DNA from: a virus
Taxonomy: Duplodnaviria; Caudoviricetes
Length of the DNA stretch: 53,799 nt
Direction: 5' to 3' (one strand)
Virus record (IMG/VR): IMGVR_UViG_3300042988_002859
Coordinates: 1 to 53,799 of that record
The position numbers were made by a program, and so were the translations under genes. The first letter of the stretch is position 1, and the number at the start of each line of letters is the position of its first letter. Shown here piece after piece: positions 1 to 10,112 of this stretch. The notes beneath the pieces were generated by a model. The model was not told where the DNA came from. It saw only the letters and a list, made by a program, of their open reading frames with translations, and made no database searches.

Positions 1-138
1 TTACCGGCCAAGCAACCACATTCCGCCAGCCAGCACGGCAACAAAAGCGGCACCGGCCAGCAACCCGGACCAGCCAAATTGCCACACCAGCGATACCAGC
101 CCGCCAGCAATGGAAAGGGCTCCAAGTGCCCCGCCCAT
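1..138 (-). CDS. Small membrane protein (45 aa, two hydrophobic segments)
   Basis: ATG at 138 overlaps the TAA of the giant protein (TAATG); MGGALGALSIAGGLVSLVWQFGWSGLLAGAAFVAVLAGGMWLLGR. Confidence 0.55.
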   Translation of the reverse strand: MGGALGALSIAGGLVSLVWQFGWSGLLAGAAFVAVLAGGMWLLGR

Positions 139-3100
139 TACTGCAACGCCTCCCGTGCTTGGGTGCGCAGCTCTTTGGGTGTCGATGCCACAAACCGTTG
201 GGCGCGGTCTTTTTGCATTTCCGTCACTCGCCTGCGGATGGCTTGGGTGTTGAGCACGATCTGAGCCTCTGGGTTTTTCTCGTTCCATTCTGCCAGTTTG
301 TCGCGCGCAGCCTTCACCTTGCCCTGGTCTTTCTCAAACATCCCCAACGCGATCTGCTCGGTGATGTCGCCCTTGACCTTGTTGAACAGGGTGCGCTTTT
401 CGTACTCGGCACCGATGGCGCGGCTTTCTCGGGCGACATTGGACGGCTGCAAGCCGATGGCTTTGAATGCCGCATCGGTGGCGTCCGCCTCCATGACGGT
501 GCGCCCACGGGAGTCGGTGTAAATGCCCCGGTCGTACATCTCGATGCCTTTGGCCAAATTGCGGATGGCCACCGGGCGAACCTCGCCCTTGAGTGCGTCA
601 CGGACAAATCCCCCGGCCACGCCAAACACCTCCAACACCTCGTCTTCTTTGCGTGCCTCGCTCTGCTTGAGCAAGCCCGTCCCCGGCAGCATGTTGCCCA
701 TGCCCAAGCGCTGCGACACATCAAACGGCACGATGCCGGTACCGCTGGCGCCCTGCAGCAGGAAGTCGGCAAACGGCTGGCCCAGCGTGCTGGACATGAA
801 CCGGTTGAGCTGATCGCGCGTCACCCAGTTGTACCCCAGCCCTTGGGCCACGGTGTCGAGCACGTCCTCGGCGTCTTCTGCGAACGGCAGGCCGCGCATG
901 CCAGACAGCAGCACCAGCACCGCCAGCGCCAGGGCGCGCTCACGGGACGGCAAGCGCTTCAAAAACTCCACATACTGAATCGTGAAGGTCTTGAACGTGA
1001 ACAGCGTGGCGCCCACCGGGCCGCGCCCCCAATTAGGTCGATTTCCCTTGTTAAAGACGCCTTGCGTTTCCTCCACTGCCTGGGCTGCGAAGGCAAACGG
1101 GTCGGCTTCTTTGTTGGCTTTGGCCAGCTCGTAGGCGGCAATGAATGCCGTGCGCCGGTTGAACGTTTCAGCCAACTGGAAGAACAAGCCCCATGCCGCC
1201 AGCGCGGCGCGCACCTTCAGGCTTGAGCCCAGTGTGCGGCTGGCCTCGGCCTGCAGCTGGAAAATCTCCTGCGGCTTCACAATGCCATCCTGCTCGGCCC
1301 GCTTGAGTGCCCGCGCGGTGTCGGCGTCCTGCACCTTGCCAATGGCTTGGCGCATGGCGCCCCCCACTTGCTTGGCGGCCTTGGCGGGCCCGCCAAACTG
1401 GCTCAGGTATGGCAGCGTCTGCACCAGCGTCTGCGTCAGGTTGACCAGCGCCGATGCCACCGAGCCGCCGATGTAGTTCACAAACAGCAGGGATCGGATG
1501 GCCTGAGCCTCTTCCTTGGGGTTTTGCACGTAGTTGGCCAGCGCCACCGCCTCGTCCTTCACGTCCCCCTGCTTCACGTTGTCCACAGCCTCGCTGATGC
1601 GCAGGCCATGCAGTGCTCGCGCGGCGGCGCGACTGTTGCTGGTGATGAATGCCGCCACCACCCGACTGCCGTCGTCGTCAAAACCCTCCACACCCTTGCG
1701 GTGAATGAGGCGGCGCAGCGCACTGTGCTGGGCGGTTGCCTTCTGCAGCCACTCTTGCATGGCCGCGTCGCCCTCGATGCCCAGCATTTCGGCGAACAGC
1801 ATCGCGGTCTCGGGCGAGACGCCTTTCAGCAACTCAAATTCCCGTTGGCTCTGCACGCCCTGCGAGACTTTTAAGCCTTTTTCTCGGAACGATCGGGCCG
1901 CCCGGTTGGCTTCGTACTGGTTCTCGTACATGCCAAACCACACCCGTTCGCCTTGGTCGTTGAGCACGTCGACCGTGTACGGGCCAAAGCGCATCAGCGG
2001 CGCGTAACCCTTCGCCTTCAGCTCGGCGATGCGGCTCACCTTGTCGTTCAGGCGCTCGATCACGCGCCCCAGCGCGGCCAACTCGTCCTTGGCGTCGGAA
2101 ATTGCCGCATCCAGATCCGGGCCGCCCTGCTCTTTGGCCAGCTTGCGCATCTTTTCCAGCTCGGTCTCGCGGTCTTTGCGAGCGGCGTCCAAGGCATTGC
2201 GCACCAGTGCCACGGCTGCGCTTGGGCTCTCGCTTGCCGCAGCCTTGCGGGCGTCGGTCAACAGTTGATCAACCTCTGCAGGGTTTGTGCTCAGGTATTC
2301 GGGCTTGACGGTTGTTGCGGACCGGTACACATCGGCGGCCAACAGGCTGTCAAGGCTTTGGTCGATTGCTCTGCGCGCCTGCTGGTACATGGCGATTTGC
2401 GCATCAGACATGCCTTGGGCCTTCAGTTCGGTGGCCGTCCACACAATGCCGGCGTCCTCGGGTGCATCCACCTTGATGGGCTTGCCGTTGGCGTCGCGCC
2501 CGTAGCGAAGCGTGCCGTCAAACATGGCGTCACTGGTTGCCTTCAAGTCGGCTTCGCGGGCCTTGCTGTTGACCATCTGGGGCAAGAGCTTTTTCACATC
2601 GCCCAGGCTCTCGACTTGCGGCAACAGGTCCGGCGCTTGGTCGGCAGCCAGAATTGCCATTCGGCTGGTGTCGCGCATGAAGTCCTGCACGGCGTCGTAC
2701 ACCCGGCCAAATTCCTTGTTCGTCTTGGCCTTGTGCAGTTGGGTACCCACCGTGCCATGCCACCACCGGTTAAAGCCGCGCTGCGAAGTGGTGAGGTCGG
2801 TCAGGCGCTCCACCACCGCATCAGGGGTGGACTCCATCATGCGGGCCTGCATGCCGATGGGGCTGGAGCGGCTGAACATCGCACCATCGCCCTCGCTGGC
2901 CATCACATCCTCTACTCGAGCAAAACTCACCCCGCCAGCCCCGCGCCCACCCGGCCCACGCTCCACAAAAGCCCGCGCCGGCATGATGAAGTTGGCGATG
3001 ATCTCGGCGTCGGTCAATGCCATTTCCCGGAACCCTGGCACATGCCGGCGCAGCCACTGGCGGATCACTGCAATCGCGCGCTTCACAAAGCCAATTTCAG

Positions 3101-6100
3101 GCGTGTTCTGGGCCATTTCGGCCAGCACTTCCTCGGCGGCTTTAAGTCGCTGATCGAGCGACATGACGGCAAACACCTCGGTGTCCGTGGCGGTCTTCAC
3201 GTCCACAATGGGCTTGCCATCTGCGCCATTGCGCACCAGGCCGTAAGACCGAGCTTTGGCCACCACCTCCTTGCGGCGCAGGCCCGACAGTTGCAGCAGG
3301 ATTGGGGTCAGCTCGTCGCCAAAAGTACCGCGCAGGCCGTAATGCCCAAGGACTTCATGGAACAGAACCCGGGCCACGTCGTTCTCGCTGCGCAGAGCCC
3401 CAGACACAATGTAGGCCTTGCCCTTGTACCAAAAGCCCTCGGGCTCACCACTGGCGCCCTGGCTGAGCTGGGTGCTGTCGGCATCGCGCACAGCTTGTGG
3501 CACGGCCTCATCCTGCATGGACTCCACCACCACCACGTCAGGGGCGTTGCCCCAGCGGGCCTTGATGCCATCGGCTACCGACTTGGCCGCCTGCAGTGAC
3601 ACCCCGGCCTTTGTCGGCGTCAAGATGGCGCGGCTCAGGTCAGCGGTCATGGGGCGACTCATGGCGCTGCCAGACTCGCGGCGATAGTCGGCGAGGCTCT
3701 TTTCGGATAGAATTTTTTTGGCTCCAGTGATGAAGCGCGTCGGTCGGGGGTTGTCCCCGATGCCGTGCCAAATTTCTGGGGCCTTTTTTGTGTCTGCGTA
3801 CAGCAGGCGACCGGAAGCGGTCAGAACACCAATGGGCGGGAGGTTGCCGGTTGTTTTGGCAAAAGCTGTCACAAGCAGGTGATCCGGCTTGCCGCGCAGA
3901 CTGTTGGGCTCAACGGCAATCAGCACGGGATACCCGGCCACACGCGAGGGGGCAACGATGGTCAGCTTACCGGGGTGATTGGGGTCTGTGTAAACGGCTG
4001 CAGGGTTTTCAATCCACTCGGGGATCTGCTTCCAAACCTTGGCCGTCATTTCCGGGTGATTGGTTCGGCCGTCGTTTGCAATGTGCGGCTCATTGAGCAC
4101 CATTGGCACCTTGGCAAAGCCCAGCAACCCCATCACATCGGACGAGTCCAGGATTGTCACGCCCGTGCGGCTGGCCTTCTCTCCCGCAAACAGCGCATCA
4201 ATCCGGGCCTCGTAGGCTGCTTGGGTGGATGGGGAGCGGGAAAACAGCACCACCCCCTTGTCAGTCTCCCGGCTTTCAATGGTGCCCACCAGGTTGTCAA
4301 ACACGCCACGCAACGTGTCGCGCTCCTGCCCGGTGGGGTACAGATACAGATCACGGGTAGCGCCGCTGGCGCGGGCCATGGCGCTGGAGTTGTCGGCCAC
4401 CTTTGCCGGCGTGCTGGCGCGCTGGTCGGCATCGGTCAAGAAGGTGTTGAGCGCATCCTTCTGTGCCAGCTTATCGTGCACATACAGCTCGAAGGCGCGG
4501 GCAAACATCTCGGCCGGCGTGCTCCAGTAGGCCTTGCCGCCCTTCTCGGCGTCCATGGCGGCGCTGTCGCGCTTGTACTGCGTGCTGACCTTCTGCGGCT
4601 CGTGCTTGCGGTCGGCGTCCTGCTTGGCCATGAGGCTGCGAACAAAACCGGCGTTGCTCTCCAGCCCCTTGGTTTCGTCAGCGCTCCACATGCGGCCCGT
4701 GGCGTCCTTGATCAAGTTGCGGATGGCGGCCACACGCACGCTGTAGGTCTGTTTGCCCGCCTTCTCGTAGCCGTCCCCGGTGTCGCCTTCGCGCAGTTTC
4801 TCGGCGTGCTGGTCAAACTCGGCCAGCAAATCGTCTTTGTTCTCGGCTTGGCTGCCCTCGATCTCCCGGCGTGCGGCTGCAATCCACCCGTTCAACCGCT
4901 TGAGCGCCGATGCGCGCATGGCCTCGTCGTTGGCCTGGGCCTCGGCTGGCGATGTGTCGCGCTTCTGCATGGCCTGATAGACCTCACGGAAGGCGCGCAC
5001 GATCTCGGGCCGGATGCCGTCGCCAAACGTCGGCACATCCTTCTTTGACACGTAGCGGCCGCCCTCGAAGACCATGCGGTTGCCAGTGTCTGGGCGGTAG
5101 GCGTGCTCTGACAGGAAGGGCTCTTTTTCCTTGGCCAGCCCTGCCTGCTTGGCAAAGTGGTGATCCAGCGCATGACCCCATTCATGGGCCAGTGTGCCGG
5201 CGCCCTTGGTTTTGGTCAGGTTGATTTCGTTGACGCCTGGCACAAAGTGCGCGGCAAACTTGCCCTTGCCCTGTGCGCCAAAGGCAATGCCCAGCTCGCC
5301 ATTTAGGCTCATGGCCTTGGCAGGCACGCCCAGAATATCGGCCAAGTCCATCAGCCCGTCGTAGGCCTGATTCAAATAGGCTTGGCGCTCGGTCTGGTTG
5401 ATCCAGCCTTCGCGGCCAAAGTTGACGCCACGGAAACCAAAGGTGTCCATCAGGCGCTGTGAGTTGATGTCCTCGCCCTCTTCGCGCCGCGCGGGACCGG
5501 TGCGCTCCGCCGCCTCGATGTTGGTACCGCGAATGTCTTGGCCAGCACCTGCCTTGCGCTTGACCTTCTCGCGCGCAGCCTCCGCCGCCGCCTCTCGGGT
5601 GGCAAACGTCTTGGCGCCAAAGCCGCCATCCTGCACCAGCACAAACGGCGCGTCGGCCAGTTGCTCTGCCGTAAAGCTGGCCTGCCACGATCCCCGGCCT
5701 TCTTTGGCCTGGATGGTCATGCGGGTGGTGCCGTCTGCCTGCTCGCGGCCAGCGGCGGTGTATTCGCCGGGTGCCAGCACGCGATAGCCCTGAACCTCCC
5801 ATGCCTCGCGCTTACCCGGCCAGCCCTTGCCCATGTCGCCCGCCCACTTGGCGAAGTCCTGCCGCACGAACTGCAGCGCGGTCAATGCCTTGTTGCCTCC
5901 GACCACGGCCAACTCGCCATTGGCTTGGGTGCCGCGCGCAAACGGGCGTGCGCTTCCCTGGTATTCCTCGGGCCACACACGGCGCAACAGCACCTCGCTC
6001 ACCGCCTTGGCGTCCACGTCCGACTTCATCATGTCAATGATGGAAATTGGGCCGGCCATGCTGCGGCTACCGTTGCTCAGCGCCAGCACGGAACTGGCAA

Positions 6101-9100
6101 ACTGGCCCACGGCCTGCTTGTCGTTGATGAAGCCGAACAGGCCCTCGCGGATTTTGGCCAGGGTGTCGATGTAGCGCTTGAGCTGCTCATCGGTCACGGC
6201 GTCGGCGCGGATCGTCGGCCCAGCGCTGATACCGTCGTACACCTGCTTGACCATGCGCGCCAAGATGGTGGGCATGCCATCGGCCACCAGCTGCTCGTAA
6301 TTCGGGCGCGGCCACACCTTGGCCTTGGTGACTTCCTTGATTTTCAGGGTGTCATTGAGGCCTTCAACGTCTTCCCACTTCAAGCCTCGACCGGTGAAGT
6401 TGCGGCGGTTTGCGTACAGCTGCTCGCCCACGTCTTCGATGCGCTCATCGGCGGGGCGTGCGGCTTTCTGGCGCGGCGCGGGGGTCTTTTCGACTGGAGT
6501 TTCGGCGGCGGGCTGCTGGGGTTGCGCCTGCTGCGGATCAGCGGGCGCGCTGAAAATATCTCGCTGCCCCGTCAAGTTGGCCATGGGGTCTTGCCCCAAT
6601 TCAAACGTGTCGGCGGCCGCCTCGCTGCGGCGGCGGACTTCCTCGCGCTCTTGCCGCTGGCGGTCGGCCTCGGCGGCGGCGCGGTCGGCGCGCTCCGCCT
6701 CTTGTGCAGCTTGGTCGGCGGCGTCTTGTCGGGCCTCGACCTCTTGCGCGGTGTAGCTCGTCAGCCCTTCGGCTTGGCCTTCTGTTGCGCCTTCTTCTGC
6801 GCCTGTGCGGCCAGTATCTTGGCTGCGATTTCCTGCGCTTGCTTGGAGGGCTGTTTGGAGGGCGGCTTTTGCTGCATTTTCGTAATCCTGTTGGTTGGCA
6901 TTCTCGGTTTTGCGGATCACGTCGTCAATGATCGCTTCTGCATCCACGCCCATGGCGTCCAGCTGCTCCATCAGTGCGCGGATTTCTTCCTGCGTCTGTG
7001 GGTCAGCTTGGTTGTAGCCGGTGGCGTCCAGTTCATCAAGGGTCAAATCCCAATCTGGTTCGCTGGGCTGCTCCTGCTCGGTGGCCAAGTAATCCTCAAA
7101 CCGGGCTTCACTCTCGGCCTGGGCGACTTGCTCCCAGCCTTCCGGGGTGTATTGGGGCTCACGAATGCTGCGGCTCACCAACTCCATGGCGGTGTTCTGC
7201 GAGTCCTCGGTGATGTAGCCGGACTCTTTCAGCGCTTCGGTCATGCGCTCCAGCGTCAGGCCTTTGCCTTTGCCGGCCACCAGCCACTTGGCGCCGATGC
7301 GCTGGTTGCGCTCGATGCCCATTTCGCGCGCGGCCTCGGGGCTCAGTCCACCACGGGCAGCGATGAACTCATGCGCAGACATCGGGCCTTCGCCACCAGT
7401 GCCACCCAATCGCTTGGCGGCCTTCGCTTGTGCGGCCAGTTGGGCCGGGGTCTTGTCGGCCAGCGCATAACCGCCCTCCACTTTCACCACGCGCATGGTG
7501 GGCTGCAGCTTCTTGGCCTTGGCGGCGGCCATCTTGGATTTGAACGGCTTGCCGCCTTGGCTGAATGGGGTGGAATTGATGCCGTAGCGCTCTTTGGCGC
7601 CGTCCACCTGTTCACTTTCCGCCGTTTTCTGTACAGGTTCGGCGGATGCGTTCAGGTTTTGCGGGTTTTTGGAAAGTCCTCGCTTTTCCCGCTCGGCATC
7701 CCATTTGGCTTTTGGCAAGCCTCTGAATCGATCTTTCTTGATGGCCTCGTCATACGGCATTTGCCAGTAGTTCAGCTCTGCCCGCTCGTTGGCCTCAATG
7801 TTTTTGGCCACAAGGTCGGCGTGTCGGATAGTCCACGGCTTGCTCTTTGCTGCAAAGAAGTGCCCGTTTCCATACTGCGCCTCTACAGCAAGTCTCTTGG
7901 CATATCCATCGGCAAACGCCGCTGCCTGCTCTTTTGTTTCAATAGGCATGGCGCGTAGCTGCTCAACAGTTGGCGCGCTGTTGGCGGCTTTGGCGGTATT
8001 CACCCCATCGGCTTCCACTGCGTAACCGCTTCCCTCACTGGAAACTCCAGCGGCGGCGGGCTCATTGCCTCGCGCTGCCTCTGGCGCTTCAACTGCCGGG
8101 GCTTGGGCTGCCTCGGCGGGTTCGTTGGCTCCGAAAAGCTCCGCTGCGTTTTCGACACTTCCGGCTCCTGTCAGTGCGCCAATCTGCTCGGGCTGTCCTG
8201 CTGGCAAATCCTGTTCAATGTCGCCCATTGGCTCGGCGGCACCTTGTTGGCCTTCCAGTGCTGCCGGTGCTGGCGAATCAACCGCCTGCCCAATGGCAAG
8301 GTCTGCGGGTTGCGGCTCTGCTTGGGCATTGGTGGGTTCCTGTTTGGGTCGAACGGCATAACCACCCGGCACCTCAATGACGGTGCCGCCGTTTTGCTTG
8401 GCGGAGAGGTTAGCGGGCACCCGTGTGGCGAAGGGCTTGCCGCTGGGGGCGAAGATCAGGCCATCGGTGGGCTGGGGGGCTTGGGCTGCGGCCTCTGCCA
8501 AGATTTCGTCCGGCGTCTTGCCGCGCTCGGCCTGCATGCGGGCCTCAACGTCCTGGCGGGTGACGCGCCCTGCGTCGAACTCGCCGACAAAGAAGCGCGC
8601 TGCCGGCGTGTTCACTTGGCGCAGCTGGTCGACATACCCGGCCACCGGGTCGGCGTTGATGGCCACATCGGCGGCGTCGGTGCGGCGGCGCTCGGCGCGC
8701 TGCACAGGTTGAGCATCGGCGGCGCGCATGCGGTTGATCGTGGCGTTGATCTCCTGCACCGCTGGCGCCACCAGATCGGGCGTCACCCAATTGCGCGGCA
8801 CCACCATGTAGCCCCCGCCATTGGGGTGTGCTACGGGCACAAAGTCCAAGCCTCGGGCCCTGGCCTCGTCCAATACGCTCACCACATCACCGGCCAAGCG
8901 CGGGGCTTGACTCTTGGCGGCTGTGGCCAAATTGGCTTGCACTGCGTCGGTGGTGCGTTTTTGCGCCTCCTGCTCCCCGCTGAGTGCGACTGAGCCATCG
9001 GCAAATACCGTGGGCACACCGGCCAAAGGGCTGAACCCCAAGGCCAGCGGTGCCGCTTTTTCCGCCTCCTGCGCCCTTGCCTCAATCTGCGCATTCAGCG

Positions 9101-10100
9101 CCCGGGTCATGGGGCCGGATTCGGGTTGTTTGGTGGCCCGGATTTGGTCGGCCGGCGAAATCAGCGACACGCCCGCGCCGGTCACGCCACCCATTGCGGC
9201 CCCCATGCCCGCAGCGGCTGCAACCCCCTTCATGGGGTCAATGGTCTGGTCATACGGCATGGCGGCGCGCTGACCTTCGTAGGTGGTCACGCCTTCCTCA
9301 AAGGCCTCTTGCCCACCTTCGACTGCGCCGGTTTTCAGGGCTCGGCTCATGGCGCCACCGGCAAAACCCTTTCCACCCGCAAACAGGCGTTCAGCACCCA
9401 CCAGGCCACCGGCTGCGCCCACCATGGCGGGAATCACGCTGGCCTGACGGCCTGCGGCCAGTGCCTGCTCGTCGGTCGCGCCAGCGCGGCTCGACAGCTC
9501 GTAGGCCGTGCCAGCGGCATCGCCACCAGCCATGGCGCCACCCACTGCGGCACCGCCAGCCAAGCCAGCACGCGACACGCCAGCCTCACCCAGCCTTGCA
9601 ACCCGGGCCGCACCTTGCGCGCCCTTGATGGCTGCGCCAGGGGTCACAAACGAGCCCAGCGCCTGCGCCATGGTCAGAGCGGGCGCGTCCACCACGTATC
9701 GACCCACGGCGGCCAGCTCACCGCCAATGCCGTCTGCGCTCTCCACGTCGGCGCGGAACCGCTCTTTTGTGGCCTTGGCCACATCCGATTGCTTGCTTTC
9801 ACCGTCCTTGATGATGTTCTCGTCAATCCAGTGGCTCATGACGTTGCCGGGGCGCACCATGTTGGCAATAGAGCCAACACCGCCAACAAAGGCGTTTGCT
9901 CCTTCAATCACCAGATCGTTGGCGACTGCAAAGGCGTTTCGCGATTGGGGCTCTGGTTTGGGTGGTGTGTAACCCAGGCGCTTGGCAAGATCACCCTTGT
10001 CCATCGCAGGGTAGTACACCTGATGGATGACGTTGATCGCAGACTCGTCGCTGAGTCCCCTGAGTTCCGGCAGGCGCTTGCGGGCTTCGTTGAGGTCCAT
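138..10100 (-). CDS. Giant internal virion/DNA ejection protein of the polyvalent type (LPD5, LPD1 zincin, MuF-C/BECR-like, metallopeptidase, PLxRFG domains)
   Basis: 3320 aa; Gly/Ala-rich N-terminus; IEDVGEQL..VWPRPNYEQL (LPD5-like); FGFRGVNFG..GTLAHEWGHALD..YWSTPAEMFARAFE (LPD1); FHEVLGHYGLR..EEVLA; GYAPLMRFG; last gene of the ejection cluster. Confidence 0.88.
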   Translation of the reverse strand: MDLNEARKRLPELRGLSDESAINVIHQVYYPAMDKGDLAKRLGYTPPKPEPQSRNAFAVANDLVIEGANAFVGGVGSIANMVRPGNVMSHWIDENIIKDGESKQSDVAKATKERFRADVESADGIGGELAAVGRYVVDAPALTMAQALGSFVTPGAAIKGAQGAARVARLGEAGVSRAGLAGGAAVGGAMAGGDAAGTAYELSSRAGATDEQALAAGRQASVIPAMVGAAGGLVGAERLFAGGKGFAGGAMSRALKTGAVEGGQEAFEEGVTTYEGQRAAMPYDQTIDPMKGVAAAAGMGAAMGGVTGAGVSLISPADQIRATKQPESGPMTRALNAQIEARAQEAEKAAPLALGFSPLAGVPTVFADGSVALSGEQEAQKRTTDAVQANLATAAKSQAPRLAGDVVSVLDEARARGLDFVPVAHPNGGGYMVVPRNWVTPDLVAPAVQEINATINRMRAADAQPVQRAERRRTDAADVAINADPVAGYVDQLRQVNTPAARFFVGEFDAGRVTRQDVEARMQAERGKTPDEILAEAAAQAPQPTDGLIFAPSGKPFATRVPANLSAKQNGGTVIEVPGGYAVRPKQEPTNAQAEPQPADLAIGQAVDSPAPAALEGQQGAAEPMGDIEQDLPAGQPEQIGALTGAGSVENAAELFGANEPAEAAQAPAVEAPEAARGNEPAAAGVSSEGSGYAVEADGVNTAKAANSAPTVEQLRAMPIETKEQAAAFADGYAKRLAVEAQYGNGHFFAAKSKPWTIRHADLVAKNIEANERAELNYWQMPYDEAIKKDRFRGLPKAKWDAEREKRGLSKNPQNLNASAEPVQKTAESEQVDGAKERYGINSTPFSQGGKPFKSKMAAAKAKKLQPTMRVVKVEGGYALADKTPAQLAAQAKAAKRLGGTGGEGPMSAHEFIAARGGLSPEAAREMGIERNQRIGAKWLVAGKGKGLTLERMTEALKESGYITEDSQNTAMELVSRSIREPQYTPEGWEQVAQAESEARFEDYLATEQEQPSEPDWDLTLDELDATGYNQADPQTQEEIRALMEQLDAMGVDAEAIIDDVIRKTENANQQDYENAAKAALQTALQASAGNRSQDTGRTGAEEGATEGQAEGLTSYTAQEVEARQDAADQAAQEAERADRAAAEADRQRQEREEVRRRSEAAADTFELGQDPMANLTGQRDIFSAPADPQQAQPQQPAAETPVEKTPAPRQKAARPADERIEDVGEQLYANRRNFTGRGLKWEDVEGLNDTLKIKEVTKAKVWPRPNYEQLVADGMPTILARMVKQVYDGISAGPTIRADAVTDEQLKRYIDTLAKIREGLFGFINDKQAVGQFASSVLALSNGSRSMAGPISIIDMMKSDVDAKAVSEVLLRRVWPEEYQGSARPFARGTQANGELAVVGGNKALTALQFVRQDFAKWAGDMGKGWPGKREAWEVQGYRVLAPGEYTAAGREQADGTTRMTIQAKEGRGSWQASFTAEQLADAPFVLVQDGGFGAKTFATREAAAEAAREKVKRKAGAGQDIRGTNIEAAERTGPARREEGEDINSQRLMDTFGFRGVNFGREGWINQTERQAYLNQAYDGLMDLADILGVPAKAMSLNGELGIAFGAQGKGKFAAHFVPGVNEINLTKTKGAGTLAHEWGHALDHHFAKQAGLAKEKEPFLSEHAYRPDTGNRMVFEGGRYVSKKDVPTFGDGIRPEIVRAFREVYQAMQKRDTSPAEAQANDEAMRASALKRLNGWIAAARREIEGSQAENKDDLLAEFDQHAEKLREGDTGDGYEKAGKQTYSVRVAAIRNLIKDATGRMWSADETKGLESNAGFVRSLMAKQDADRKHEPQKVSTQYKRDSAAMDAEKGGKAYWSTPAEMFARAFELYVHDKLAQKDALNTFLTDADQRASTPAKVADNSSAMARASGATRDLYLYPTGQERDTLRGVFDNLVGTIESRETDKGVVLFSRSPSTQAAYEARIDALFAGEKASRTGVTILDSSDVMGLLGFAKVPMVLNEPHIANDGRTNHPEMTAKVWKQIPEWIENPAAVYTDPNHPGKLTIVAPSRVAGYPVLIAVEPNSLRGKPDHLLVTAFAKTTGNLPPIGVLTASGRLLYADTKKAPEIWHGIGDNPRPTRFITGAKKILSEKSLADYRRESGSAMSRPMTADLSRAILTPTKAGVSLQAAKSVADGIKARWGNAPDVVVVESMQDEAVPQAVRDADSTQLSQGASGEPEGFWYKGKAYIVSGALRSENDVARVLFHEVLGHYGLRGTFGDELTPILLQLSGLRRKEVVAKARSYGLVRNGADGKPIVDVKTATDTEVFAVMSLDQRLKAAEEVLAEMAQNTPEIGFVKRAIAVIRQWLRRHVPGFREMALTDAEIIANFIMPARAFVERGPGGRGAGGVSFARVEDVMASEGDGAMFSRSSPIGMQARMMESTPDAVVERLTDLTTSQRGFNRWWHGTVGTQLHKAKTNKEFGRVYDAVQDFMRDTSRMAILAADQAPDLLPQVESLGDVKKLLPQMVNSKAREADLKATSDAMFDGTLRYGRDANGKPIKVDAPEDAGIVWTATELKAQGMSDAQIAMYQQARRAIDQSLDSLLAADVYRSATTVKPEYLSTNPAEVDQLLTDARKAAASESPSAAVALVRNALDAARKDRETELEKMRKLAKEQGGPDLDAAISDAKDELAALGRVIERLNDKVSRIAELKAKGYAPLMRFGPYTVDVLNDQGERVWFGMYENQYEANRAARSFREKGLKVSQGVQSQREFELLKGVSPETAMLFAEMLGIEGDAAMQEWLQKATAQHSALRRLIHRKGVEGFDDDGSRVVAAFITSNSRAAARALHGLRISEAVDNVKQGDVKDEAVALANYVQNPKEEAQAIRSLLFVNYIGGSVASALVNLTQTLVQTLPYLSQFGGPAKAAKQVGGAMRQAIGKVQDADTARALKRAEQDGIVKPQEIFQLQAEASRTLGSSLKVRAALAAWGLFFQLAETFNRRTAFIAAYELAKANKEADPFAFAAQAVEETQGVFNKGNRPNWGRGPVGATLFTFKTFTIQYVEFLKRLPSRERALALAVLVLLSGMRGLPFAEDAEDVLDTVAQGLGYNWVTRDQLNRFMSSTLGQPFADFLLQGASGTGIVPFDVSQRLGMGNMLPGTGLLKQSEARKEDEVLEVFGVAGGFVRDALKGEVRPVAIRNLAKGIEMYDRGIYTDSRGRTVMEADATDAAFKAIGLQPSNVARESRAIGAEYEKRTLFNKVKGDITEQIALGMFEKDQGKVKAARDKLAEWNEKNPEAQIVLNTQAIRRRVTEMQKDRAQRFVASTPKELRTQAREALQ

Positions 10101-10112
10101 GTGTCCCGGTCC

